From Octopus sinensis (Eukaryota): 64,000 nt of DNA. Numbering within the stretch: the first letter of the stretch is position 1; every line of letters starts with the position of its first letter. Below the pieces are notes generated by a model. That model ran no database searches. It saw only the letters and a list, made by a program, of their open reading frames with translations, and was not told where the DNA came from. This document shows positions 1-11,362 of this stretch, piece after piece. The stretch covers positions 41,850,001-41,914,000 of the forward strand of contig NC_042999.1 of the NCBI RefSeq assembly GCF_006345805.1, read 5' to 3'. A program made the translations under genes and the position numbers.

Positions 1-870
1 AAAAATATGTGAAAAGAACTGGCATAGAAGGGAACAAAGTGTACGGTCAGTTTGAAAGAGATACTTATGCAAAGACGGATGCAGAAACCCGGTGGTTATG
101 GATGCAGATGATTGATTTGAAGATAGAAATAGAAGCATTTATATACGTGGCATAGGACAAGCATTGATAACAAATTATGTGAAGTGCAGAATTGATAAAA
201 CAAATCAGAGCGACAAATACAGAATACGGGGTGAGAAGGGTGAAACTGTGTAGCACATTGTTAGTGAATAAATGAAACTGGCACTACGACGTGAATACAA
301 AAGGCGACGTGACAATGTGACAAGAATGATCTATTAGGAGTTCTGATGAAGTTATGGCCTAGAAAGTTCAAAGTGGTATAACCAAATCCCAGAAGGAGCT
401 ACTAAGAATTTCAGAAGCCTGTGGGACGCAATAATTCAGCAGGACAATCAGATTAAACATCCGAAACCTGACATTGTTGTAGAGAACAAAGAAGAGAACA
501 ATCAAGACAATCATGCCTGATAACTGACATAGCATGTCCTGGTGACAACAGGATCGAAGAGAAAGAGGAAAAAGTGAACAACTATGATGGATTGAAGTTG
601 GAAGTACGCAGGTTCTGGGAAGTTAAAAGAGAGGACGTGATACCAATAGTGCTTGGCGTGCTAGGAAGTATCATCACTCAACTACCAACGTGGCTCAAAA
701 AAATTGATATAAATATAAAGAAAGAACCCTTACAAAAATTATTATTCCATGGTAAGAGTTCTCCGAAGGGTTCTTAAACCATGATCAGTAAAGAAGTGTC
801 ACTTTAGGCTGCTGGCTGAGTACAGCTGACACTTTCTATCATACCCAGCGAAATAAAGCTGACATGTTTT
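1..870 (+). mobile_element. Degraded 3' remnant of R4/Dong-like (RLE) non-LTR retrotransposon
   Basis: Broken reading gives the Zn-knuckle region (GEKGETV.HIVSE...REYKRR.DNV) and RLE motifs (KHPKPDIVV, DIACPGDNRIEEKEEEKVNNYDGLKLEVRRFW, VIPIVLGVLG). Followed by TAA/CAA repeats. Confidence 0.8.
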
Positions 871-911
871 ATATTATAACAATAACAACAATAATAACGA
901 TAAATATAATA

Positions 912-1126
912 ATAATTCTTGCTATTATAGGCACAATGCCTGCAAGTTAGGGGGAGGAGGTAGTCGATTACATCGACCCCAGTACTCACCTGGTACTTAT
1001 TTCATCGACCCTGAAAGGATGAAAGGCAAAGTTGACCTCAGCGAAAATTGAATTCAAAACGTAGCGGCAGACGAAATACCGCTAAGCATTTTGTCCGGTG
1101 TCCTAACGATTCTACCAGCTCGTTAC
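912..1126 (-). mobile_element. tRNA-derived SINE family A, tail type 1 (ends in ATT repeat)
   Basis: Reverse complement matches the family A copies at 14488 and 56834 (gagctggcagaa..., gagttcaaattc, tttgcctttcatcctttc, ggggtcgatgtaatcgac). Confidence 0.8.
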
Positions 1127-1142
1127 CTTAATAATTATAAAA

Positions 1143-1357
1143 ATAATACTTTCTACTAAAGGTACAAGGCCTGCAGTTTTGGGGACGGGATAGTCGATTA
1201 TGTCAACCCCAGTGTTTCACTGGTACTTAATTTCTCGATCCTGAAAGGATGAACGGCAGGGTTGACCTCAGCAGAATTTTAGCTCAGAATGTAATGGCAG
1301 ACGAATTATCGCTAAGCATTTCGCCCGGCGTGCTAACGGTTCTGATAGCTCGCCACC
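1143..1357 (-). mobile_element. tRNA-derived SINE family A, tail type 1
   Basis: Second tandem copy with the same head and body as 912-1126. Confidence 0.8.
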
Positions 1358-1424
<67 letters not shown>

Positions 1425-1763
1425 AACAATAAAAAAAGAATTAGAGCATCACTAACAATGACATCAACGAACACAAGAGGAACAAGAACAAAAGCACAAA
1501 AATTAACAACTACAGTATCATAATCTCTTATATATATTTCACTAATGAGAGAGACGAAAGATAGAAGATACGAAAATTGTTATTGATCATTACAATATTT
1601 TCGATCCTTCTGGTCTAGGAGTATCAATCTGTGTAGATGTGTCTTTTCAGGTGATTACAATATGGATCTCGTTAAAATAACAACTGTTCCGCATGATATC
1701 TTCGCAGTTTGTTATAGAAAGCAGCAAATTAAGGGCTACATCATTTTATAGATCAATGTGTAA

Positions 1764-1820
<57 letters not shown>

Positions 1821-1854
1821 AATGGGTTTGTATGATTGTGTATAGAGAGATATA

Positions 1855-2202
1855 TATTATTCAAAGGAATTCCAACTCTGTCTGTTTTTTTATGTTTTAT
1901 TTATATTCTTTATAATATTAATGTAGAATATAGAATATATAGTATAAATAGTATATATAGTGAAACGAAATGAAGTATTGATTGTCTTATTGAAAAGATG
2001 AAATATTGAATATCAAATATTAAGGGACTTACTAGTATTTCATCTATTCAATAAGTCAATCTATACTTCATTTCATTTTACTATATATACTATATATACT
2101 ATATATACTTATATACTACTAATATTCTATATTCTACATTAATATCATAAAGAATATAAATAAAACATTAAAAAAGTAGAGTTGGAATTCCTTTGAATAA
2201 TA
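1855..2202. mobile_element. AT-rich MITE-like element with 25-bp perfect TIRs
   Basis: TATTATTCAAAGGAATTCCAACTCT (1855-1879) and its exact reverse complement (2178-2202); both ends abut TA repeats. Confidence 0.6.
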
Positions 2203-2329
2203 TATATATATATATATATATATGATGTATATATATACATCTACATATATATAATATATATTATATTATATATATAATGTGTGTATGATGTATGTATGTA
2301 TGTATGTATGTATGCATGCATATACATAG

Positions 2330-2347
2330 ATAAATAGACATATAGAT

Positions 2348-2423
<76 letters not shown>
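2330..2423. repeat. (GATA)n microsatellite at the 3' junction of Tx1 copy 1
   Basis: Direct reading. Confidence 0.95.
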
Positions 2424-2424
<1 letters not shown>

Positions 2425-2725
2425 CTTTCTTTTATTAGCCACACAGGGCTGAATACAGAGGGGACAAATACAAATGCAGAGCTTTTCTTTTCGAGGGTGG
2501 AAAAAAATAAAAAATGTAAGATTGCGATCAAAAGGGATCGAGGAGGAGAAAAAAAGGGAAAAAAGGAAAATCGTGTATCACAGAAATAATGGTGTAAACA
2601 TTGATATAACAAGATTGGGTTCATCCGTGGGAAGAAAAGCCTACAGAAAAGACCACGGGAACCCCAGTCAGGGAGGAAATAAACACATGAGGTCAAAAAT
2701 GCTCTCTTTCTTTCTTTTTTACGAT

Positions 2726-5700
2726 CTACAGGATCATGCTCAAAATGGTTTCGTTACTAGCACGCACCATCTTTGCAACATTCACCCATCTTTTTTTTAA
2801 TCTTTCGCGAGACAAAACTTCCCTCTCCATTCTCACCTTCCTTTTCAAGTGGTACTTGAAAAAGTTGATGAGCGATTGGCCAGAGAGGTAAGTGTTTGTC
2901 TCTAATCCTTTCGCTCGAGTCCACCACACACATTCTTTCACCATGGCCACCAGTACGATGAAAACTGCCTTGCCTTCCCGGTTGAGGGAAGGGGGCGGAG
3001 CAATTCTCACGATAGACTCGGCCGATAGGCGGATTCGTCCCACACGTGACAGCAGCCGTTCGGCATAAGCCCACAGGTCGGAAATGGTTGGACATTGCAC
3101 GAGTGCGTGCAGAACGGTTTCGTCGCTCTGACCGCATCTCGGGCAAGTCGGTCCAGTGTGTCTGGAACCGTGTCTGTAGAGCTTATCCCGAACAGGTAAT
3201 GCTTCTCGATAGCACTGCCAGGCCAGGGATCTTTGGTGATTGTTCATAGGTCCCGGCCCGAAAGTTGTCCTGAACAGGCGGGTCAGGTGTTCCTCGTCGA
3301 CGCCCAGACTCTGCCCGAGTTCGTCGTCGCACCTCCCCTCCACTAATCCTCTATAGAATGCCTTTGTTGTGATGGAGTCGCACAAGTTCGATCCCGGACG
3401 GCAGAGTTGCTTGAGAGCAACGCGACACTCGCGGTGCCATTCGCCTAGCCTCGGTCTCTGCTTGATCCATGACTGTAGTTCGTCCAAGGAGACGAGCTGC
3501 GGGAAAGCGCGCCGCACAAAAGGCGACCACCCCTGTTCACCGTTGTCTATGAAGCGCCGGAGATGTCGCAGTCTCAGCGCATGTCTGCGCATCATCAACC
3601 ACGGCATGCCCAGCCCTCCATTTAGCGGGTGTTGGCAGCAAATGGATCGTCTAACCATCGGAACGTTTCCCTTCCACAAGAAGCGGAAGAGTATGCGTTC
3701 CAGTTTGGTGATGGTAGGGTCGGGACAAGGCACGACGGTCAGACGATACTCGATGACGGATACGATGTACGCGTTCGCCACCTCCGCCCGACCTTTTAGG
3801 GATAGCTTTCTCTCAGTCCATTTCTGGTTGAGAGTAACCACCCTAGTCGTTATCTCGCCCCAGTTCTTCTCCATTTGGAGGTCCGGACCGAACCAGACCC
3901 CGAGCAATTTAACCGGTCCGTCCGTCCAGCGTCCCACGATGGAGACGCTGTTGGACGGCATGGGCTTGCTTCTCCAGGTGCCGAGCCGCAAGCCCACTGA
4001 CTTTTCCCGGTTAATTTTTGCTCCCGTTACCGCTTCGTATTCTTTCAGTGTCTCGCCGACCAGCTCGATGTGCTCGTAGCTCGACACTATGACGGTGACG
4101 TCATCCGCGTATGCAGACACGCTCCTCCCGCATCCCAGCTCTCGTGGGATGCCCCTCAGCGTCGCCAGTTTCCGCAGTAGTGGCTCAAGAGTCAGTACAT
4201 ACAGCAGCGATGAGAGGGGGCATCCCTGACGAACCGAACGCATGATGTTAAAAGGTCTGGATAGATGACCATTTACGCGAACTACTGAGCGGATGCCGCT
4301 GTATAAGGCAGCGATCCAACCGCGGAAAACTGGACCGAAACCAGCCGCTTTGAGGACAGCCTCCAAGTAGTGATGGTCTACCCTATCGAAGGCTTTTGAT
4401 TGATCCAAATTGATCAGCGCCCCACCCATGCCAGGATTTTTAACTACCCTGTCTATGATGTAGCGCATCAGATGGAGGTTGTCATGAATACTTCTACCCG
4501 GCACGGCGCATGTTTGCGCCTTGTCGATTAGTTTCTTGATGACAAGCGCCAACCTCTCGGCTAACACCTTGGCCAAAATTTTCAAATCTGCGTTGAGCAG
4601 AGTGATGGGCCTGAAATTATCTATGACGTCCCCCTTGTTTGGGTCTTTCTTGATCAGTGCCACTGCTCCTCGCTTTACAAAAGCAGGAATACTCCCGTTC
4701 TGCTGCCAGTTGCAGTAGACAGCTGCCAAGACGCCTCCAAACAAGTCTGGCATATGAAAATAAAATTCGTAGGGCAGACCATCCAAGCCTGGTGACTTGT
4801 CTCTCGCGCAGCCTACCATCGCATCCTGTACATCCGCAGCTGTGATAGGCTTTTCACAAGACTCCACCTCCCTTGCTGAGAGTCGTGGCAAGGCATGCAG
4901 GTAGGCACTAAAGTCCACTCTGCTTTCTGACTCACCACTTGTCCCAAACAGTTGGGTGAAGTGTTGTTGAAAAACCCCACACATCCTTTTAGGCTCGAGC
5001 AATTCGCGCCCCTGTTCATCTATAAGAGACTTGATGGTGGCTCTGTTGCCTCGTTGCGTCTCCACCACTCGGGCCTCTTGGGCGGCTCCAACTCCTTCGT
5101 TCCTCAGAGCACGCATCCTAGCTCTGACAACGCATCCCTCGTGTTTGGCGTTGAGGTGTTGGTCGAGGGCCAATCTCGCCGCCAGTACGTTGGACGCGAT
5201 GCCAGTTCTAAGTGCCTCTTCTAAAACCTTAACTAATTCTCCTCTATTCTATTTCGGTCTAATGCTAAGGCTCTACTGTATCTGACTGATTCTGCTTTAA
5301 TCGCTTTTTTTAGGGCATACCACCATCTGTTGTTGATGATGGTACCCGTCAAAGCTCTCTTAACTAATGTGCTGATCCGGTCCCTGTAAACCTGTCGTGC
5401 TGTAAAAGACGCGTTCAGTTTCCAGTAACCAGGACCCTGCCTATGTGTCTTATCTAAGTCAAGTGTACAAGTCAAACTTGTGATCTGTGTAACTGACTAT
5501 ATGAAATTGTGGACAACCTACACTATTTTTATCTATTGTCCTACAGAATACTCTGTCTAAGTATGATCTGGACGACCCGATGCGGTTACTCCATGTCCAC
5601 ATTGGCACATTCGGGTGGTCCAGTCGGTACCTGTCAGACAGTTGGAAACGTCTGAGCAGGTCTTTGAGGCATTTGCATCCCCTTCTATTGCTATCTCTGC

Positions 5701-6159
5701 CCACGTAGTCTAGATGCGTGTCCAGGGTGGCATTCCAATCCCCCACTAAAAGTAAAGGACGAGACGTTCCCATGAAAGACTCTAGACGTCGAAAGAAATC
5801 TGGTCGGCCTGTTAAGGACGGAGCATAAACTGCTATCAGTCGAAAAGCACACTCATTGCTGCCATCGACATCCAAAACGACCAGCCTACCCCCGGGTCTA
5901 GGAAATTTGCTCTTACTTTGAGATCCAGACTCTTCCGGATAAGCACCGCGGTGCCACCTCCGCCCATTCTCGGTAGACACGGAGAAAAATAAATGTTGAA
6001 ATGTGTACCGAAAATGTGCTGGAGTGCCCGCAAGCTGTGGAGTCTGGTCTCACTGATGGCTATGATATTCAGATTTAGTGACTTGATGTCATTTAACAGG
6101 TAGCCTTGTTTCCAAGGCGACCCCAAGCCACGTACATTTATACTACCTATTCTGAGCAT
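2726..6159 (-). pseudogene. Tx1 ORF2 (APE endonuclease, reverse transcriptase, zf-RVT) with three frameshifts in its 5' third
   Basis: IGSINVRGL, ISETRLH, GDWNATLD, SYLDRVF (APE); KSPGLDG, NFRPITLLN, DQSKAFDRV, VRQGCPLS, AYADDV (RT); CPRCGQSDETVLHALVQC. Breaks near 5890, 5470 and 5235; 815 aa uninterrupted from 5173. Confidence 0.93.
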
Positions 6160-6201
6160 GTTCCGATAAAAGTGCAAAAAAGGAAAAGGAGAGAGAAAAG
6201 G

Positions 6202-8367
6202 TTACTTGTTTTTCGAAAGTTCTTTGTCTTTCACCTCACGGTCTTCTTCTATGAGGCTTTTATACAGTTTTTTCGATGAGTACTTTTGAAATCTCCCTAC
6301 TGCATCAGGGTAAAGAGATTTTAGGGTGCTGTATGTGTTCTGTGTCACGTGTATTATTTTAATGTGTTGTGGTGGTGTTGTATGTGGGTGGTTACTTGTT
6401 TTTATGTCGTTTTCAGTAATGTTAGTGTTTGACCTAATGTGTTCCATTAGGTCGTGGTTGTTTGTGTTTATGGCTGTCAACATTTTTGGGGGGTTTGATG
6501 ATGGTGTGTTTGTGTTGATGTGTGTGTTTTCTGTGGATGTTTTTGTTTCGGGAGTGGTGTATCTTCCCGCTTTGTTTGTTATTTTTTCTTTTCTTTTTTT
6601 TCCCCTTTTTCTTCTCCCCCCTGTGGCTATTTGCCAATCTTCCGTGTCTTCTTCGTCTAATGACAGATCAGACGAATCGGAGTCTGGAAGAGGGAAAGAA
6701 TTGGGGTCTATTGTCGACTGTGTTGGTTTTGTTGTTGGTGTTGGTTGGTGAGCGTTTGGTTGTGGTGTATGCGGTTTTGGATGTGGGGTTTGGGTATTTT
6801 GTGTTTGAGTGATTGTGGGTATTGTTGTGTTGTTTAGGGTCTCAATTTTGTGGGGATTTGGAGTTGTAAGTGTTTCTTCATTTTTGCTGGGTGTCTTTTT
6901 GGCAGATGTCCTTGGTTTGGGAGTTGGTATATTCTTGGTTGTTGTTGTTGGTGATGCTGCTTCTGTTCTTGGTGCTGCAGTTGGTGTGGTTGTTTGTTTG
7001 GTGAGGTTTGTTCCTGCAAAAAGTGGTGTGGGTAGTAAACCTTGTTTATTTGTTTTTGTTTCCGGCTGCTGTTGTTTTCTTGCGGCAGATTTGCAGTCTT
7101 TTTTGAGGTGTTGCTCACTGCCGCATATGTAGCAACGTGGTCTTCTGCCATCGACGACCACATATAACTTGTGGTCGTCTGATACACATATCTGGGTGGG
7201 TATTTTTTTTATATCCTCATGATGTATATGTAGAAGAAATTCTATTTTTTGTCCCACCCAGTTTTTATGCTCTGTGACTGTGGTTTCCAAAATAGTATAA
7301 TTCGCCATTTTTACGCATAAGGCCTTTACAAGCCATAGACTATTGGCTATTTTGGGGACATTGTTTAGAGTGATCTTAGTCACTTTCTGTCCCCGATAGC
7401 TTGGTGTAAGTTGGAGTTCATCTGAGTGAAGAGTTAGCGTTGAGAAATGTCTAGCTAACTCTTCGGTGTAGAAAACAACTTGTATGTGGGCAAATTTGTT
7501 CCACCAGGTTACATATTCTTTGTGATCCCAGATGGGTTTCAAGCACTTCTCTATTTTGCTTGTGTTGGCCTTCTCTGGGATTTTTGTTTTTTTGTTAACT
7601 ATTTTATAAATGATTGTTCGTCTTTTTTCATTTTCCAAAATATCTTCTGGTATGTTTATTTTTACTATACCTTCTGATTCTGTTATTTTGATGTTCGTGT
7701 CCTGTATTTGTTGAGCCGTAAAGTATATTGTTGTTTTTTTTTCTTTAATCGCCTCAGCGAAATTTGTTGTTGTTTTGTTATTGTTGTTGCTTGTGGTGAT
7801 GTTGTTGTTGGCTGCAGTTTGTAAAATTGGTGTGTTTGGTTCGATCGTGCTAGTAGGAAGGGGTGGAAAATTGCCTGCGTACTTTAGTCCTGCACTAGGG
7901 CAAAATTCGACATTTCGTTTGCTTGTCGTCGTTATTTTTTCACTTGTTGGTGATGGAGTGAGCAGTGGTTGAAGGGAATTGTTGTTGTCGTCGTTGTTGT
8001 TGTTGTTATTGTCGTTCTTGGTGACGGCGGTGGTGTTGGTAGTATTAGTAGCATTGACGGCACGGTCTTTGGTGGCGGTGATGGTGATGTTGTTATTGGT
8101 GGCGATATCTTTAGTAGGGATAGCAGTTTTAGTAGCAGATTCTGCCATGGTGTTGGTGGTGGTGGTGGACTCACTGATGGTGTTGACGGTGCTTGGCCTT
8201 GCGACCTTTGTTTTGTATTTGTTGCTGTTGGTGGTGGTGGAGTTGTCAGGTTCGGCGTATGCTAACAGAACATCCTGTTTTTCTGTTTCTGCGTCACGCT
8301 TCACTTGCAACTCAGCCTCGTGGTGGCCAGTGGCCATTTTGGAAATAAAATGGCTAAATGAAACCAC
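6202..8367 (-). CDS. Tx1 ORF1 nucleic-acid-binding (gag-like) protein, 721 aa
   Basis: Intact ORF directly upstream of ORF2; CX2CX4HX4C knuckle RCYICGSEQHLKKDC; Thr/Asn/Pro/Gln low-complexity flanks. Confidence 0.88.
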   Translation of the reverse strand: MVSFSHFISKMATGHHEAELQVKRDAETEKQDVLLAYAEPDNSTTTNSNKYKTKVARPSTVNTISESTTTTNTMAESATKTAIPTKDIATNNNITITATKDRAVNATNTTNTTAVTKNDNNNNNNDDNNNSLQPLLTPSPTSEKITTTSKRNVEFCPSAGLKYAGNFPPLPTSTIEPNTPILQTAANNNITTSNNNNKTTTNFAEAIKEKKTTIYFTAQQIQDTNIKITESEGIVKINIPEDILENEKRRTIIYKIVNKKTKIPEKANTSKIEKCLKPIWDHKEYVTWWNKFAHIQVVFYTEELARHFSTLTLHSDELQLTPSYRGQKVTKITLNNVPKIANSLWLVKALCVKMANYTILETTVTEHKNWVGQKIEFLLHIHHEDIKKIPTQICVSDDHKLYVVVDGRRPRCYICGSEQHLKKDCKSAARKQQQPETKTNKQGLLPTPLFAGTNLTKQTTTPTAAPRTEAASPTTTTKNIPTPKPRTSAKKTPSKNEETLTTPNPHKIETLNNTTIPTITQTQNTQTPHPKPHTPQPNAHQPTPTTKPTQSTIDPNSFPLPDSDSSDLSLDEEDTEDWQIATGGRRKRGKKRKEKITNKAGRYTTPETKTSTENTHINTNTPSSNPPKMLTAINTNNHDLMEHIRSNTNITENDIKTSNHPHTTPPQHIKIIHVTQNTYSTLKSLYPDAVGRFQKYSSKKLYKSLIEEDREVKDKELSKNK

Positions 8368-8829
8368 GAAGGCTATGAGAATTTTTTCTTTTAAATTTTG
8401 CCCACAAGGGGCAAAGTTTTGTGTCGATATTTATCAAAGGTTTACAGTGGATGTTGTTGCACAACTTTTAAGCACAAAATGTTTGTCAATATACACTTTT
8501 AAATGGTCAGAATAAATGATTACCTTCGGAGCTGAAACGACATCACATCCGTCAGAGATAGAGATAGATAGATAGATATAGGGCGAGCGAGAGAGAAAGA
8601 GACAGATCATCATTTATTCTTCTTTCGATGTAGTTGAACAACCAAATCCAAAACACTCAGGATTTACATCACGGGTTACGCTATTCATCCTTTCGATCAC
8701 TCAATACAGGTCGTGGGACGCGAGTCTTCCAGTCGCGTGGTTACCCATTTACAGCTGACTGGACTGGAGCTAGAGCGAGGTGAAATTGTTTTGCTCAAGA
8801 CTACAACGCAAGAATTTTGCTTCTCAACC

Positions 8830-8938
8830 CTATCGATCCGAGGTCCCACAGTATGGCACGTTGGGTGAGTATCTTCTACTATGTCCTCCGACCGACAGAG
8901 TAGATTTGGAAGACGGAAACTGAAAGAAGCCCGTCCTA
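8830..8938 (+). mobile_element. SINE family B, 5' half (split by Tx1 copy 2)
   Basis: tttggaagacggaaactgaaagaagcccgtc matches the intact family B copy at 30553-31020. Confidence 0.7.
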
Positions 8939-8970
8939 TATATCCATCTGTCTGTTTATATCTATCTATC

Positions 8971-10177
8971 TCGCCGTTTGTGAGGCACGCTTTCCCGCAG
9001 CTCGTCTCCATGACCGAACTGCAGTCGTGGATCAAAAAGAGGCCGAGGAAGGGCGAATGGCACCGCGAGTGTCGCGTTGCTCTCAAGCAACTCTGCCGTC
9101 CTGGGTCGACCTTAAGTGACTTCAACACAACCAAAGCATTCTATAGGGGTTTAGTGGAGGGGAGGTACGACGACGAGCTCGGGGCGAACCTGGACGTCGA
9201 CGAGGAGTACCTGACCCGCCTGTTCGGGACGACTTTCGGGCCAGGGCCCATGGACAACTTCCAGAGATCCCTGGCCTGGCAGTGCTACCGAGAAGCGCTA
9301 CCCGTTCGGGATAAGCTCTACAGACACGGCTCGAGAAACACGGGGCCGACCTGCCCGAGATGCGGTCAGAGCGACGAAACCGTTCTGCACGCACTCGTTC
9401 AGTGTCCAACAATTTCCGACCTGTGGGCTTATGTCGAACAACTGCTGTCACGTGTGGGACGAGTCGGTTTATCAGCTGAGTCTATCGTCAATATTGTCAC
9501 GCCTCCTTCCTTCAAACGGGAAGGAAGAGCTATTTTCATCATCCTTGTGGCTATGGCGAAAGAATGTATCTGGTGGACGCGTCTGAAAGGATTGGAGACA
9601 AACACTTTCCTCTCTGGTCAATCTCTCATCAACTTCTTCAAGTACCACTTGAAAAGGAAAGTGAGAGTAGAGAGGCAAGTTTTGTCTAGCGAATGTTTTA
9701 AAAAAAGATGGGTGAATGTAGCAAGAATGGCACGTATGAATGACGAAGCCACCTTGAGCATAGTCCTATGAACCCAGAAATCGAAAACAGAGAGTTGCTT
9801 ATTTGCAAAAAAAAAAAAAAAAAAAAGAAATATAAAATGTGACTTCATTGACCGAGGTTACCGTGGTCTTTTCCGTAGGCTTTTCTTTCCACGGGTAAAC
9901 CTCACCTGTCCTCCCCTTTACACTTCATATTGACATTTCTGTGATAACGATCCCTATTGATCAATTTTTTTTCCTCTCCCCCCCCCCTTTTTTTTTTTTT
10001 TTTTTTTTTAACCCCCCCCCTTTTTTTGTCCTCTTTCTCTCCTTTCACGATCCCTTTTGATCGAAACTCCCCTTTCCCTTTTTTTTTTTTTTTTTTTTTT
10101 TTAAACCTTCAAAAGAAAAGCTCTACCTTGTAATTTGTTCTATCTGTGTGCAGCCCTGTGTGGCTAATAAAGAAACA

Positions 10178-10178
<1 letters not shown>
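8971..10178 (+). mobile_element. 5'-truncated Tx1 LINE, copy 2
   Basis: ORF2 C-terminus (CPRCGQSDETVLHALVQC...ATLSIVL) plus a 3' UTR near-identical to copy 3; TATC repeats on both sides. Confidence 0.93.
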
Positions 10179-10230
<52 letters not shown>

Positions 10231-10235
10231 GTCTG

Positions 10236-10280
<45 letters not shown>

Positions 10281-10293
10281 ATCTATCTATCTA

Positions 10294-10370
<77 letters not shown>

Positions 10371-10414
10371 GTGTTTGTTGGTGTGCGTGTATGTGTGTAG
10401 GTACATTTATGTGT

Positions 10415-10646
10415 GTGTGAGAGTGAGCGTGCGTGTTTGCGCGTGTATTTGTGCATGTGTGTTTGTCCTCCGCCACCGTGTGACAACCGGTGTTAGTGTG
10501 TTTACGTCCCCGTTAGATATAGCGGCTCGCCAAAAGTGACCGTTAGAATAAGTACTAGGGATCGATTTGTTTGACTAAAAAAAATCTTCAAGGTGATGCT
10601 TCAGCATGGCCACAGTCTAATGACGGAAACAAGTAAAAGCATGAAA
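10415..10646 (+). mobile_element. SINE family B, 3' half
   Basis: gtgtttacgtccccg...agaataagtactagg...cagcatggccacagtc...gaaacaagtaaaag. Confidence 0.7.
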
Positions 10647-11223
10647 GATACCAGTCGGTACTTCGCTGAAATTTATGTTACGAAATTCCTCCCGCATATG
10701 ATGTACAGTAATCATAGGCGGCTCGCAGACATTCTGGATAGCTCGGCTTACGAAAAAAAAATCACCTTGAAAATCAATTAGTACTGCAACCGGCCAGATG
10801 ATTCTGGAAACCGATTGCCCATACTTGACAGAGTATTTATAGCAATTTTCCAATTGTCACTTCTTAAATGTTGTTACCGCAATATTTATGTAAGGAAACA
10901 ATTGTAAATTATCATATTCGTTTATGCAAATAATATGCAAATTACTCAGTGTTCATTTTCAAATCTAAATGTCTTAATTACATCATTTACGTTATCATGT
11001 GTTTAAATACCTTTACAAAATAATATTAATTGGCTAATCACATTAATTTGAGAATCGATATATATTTATTTGTGGTGGGTTATTAATAGCATATTATATT
11101 ATTATGAAAATTTAATTAATTCTATATCATTGTGTTTATGAAAGTTATATGAAAAAACAATGCCTGCAGCCATATATATATATGTATATGTATATATGTA
11201 TGTATGTATGTATATGTATATAT

Positions 11224-11271
<48 letters not shown>

Positions 11272-11291
11272 CATGTATATGTATATATATG

Positions 11292-11324
<33 letters not shown>

Positions 11325-11362
11325 ATGTATATGTATATATATATGTATATATATATATATAT

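Larger units (their letters stand above)
2424..8546 (-). mobile_element. Near full-length Tx1/L1-clade LINE, copy 1
   Basis: ORF1 with CCHC knuckle, ORF2 with APE, RT and C-terminal Zn finger, 3' UTR ending GGCTAATAAAAGAAA. (GATA)n on both sides. Confidence 0.95.

Noticed and set aside
340-370. CTGATGA...GAAA in the Dong remnant
   Set aside because: No pairable helices; coincidental within coding sequence.
3369-8515. Plus-strand ORFs overlapping Tx1 copy 1 (for example 3369-4079, 6326-6751, 7979-8515), and their equivalents in copy 3
   Set aside because: Antisense shadows of the retrotransposon ORFs with no independent motifs.
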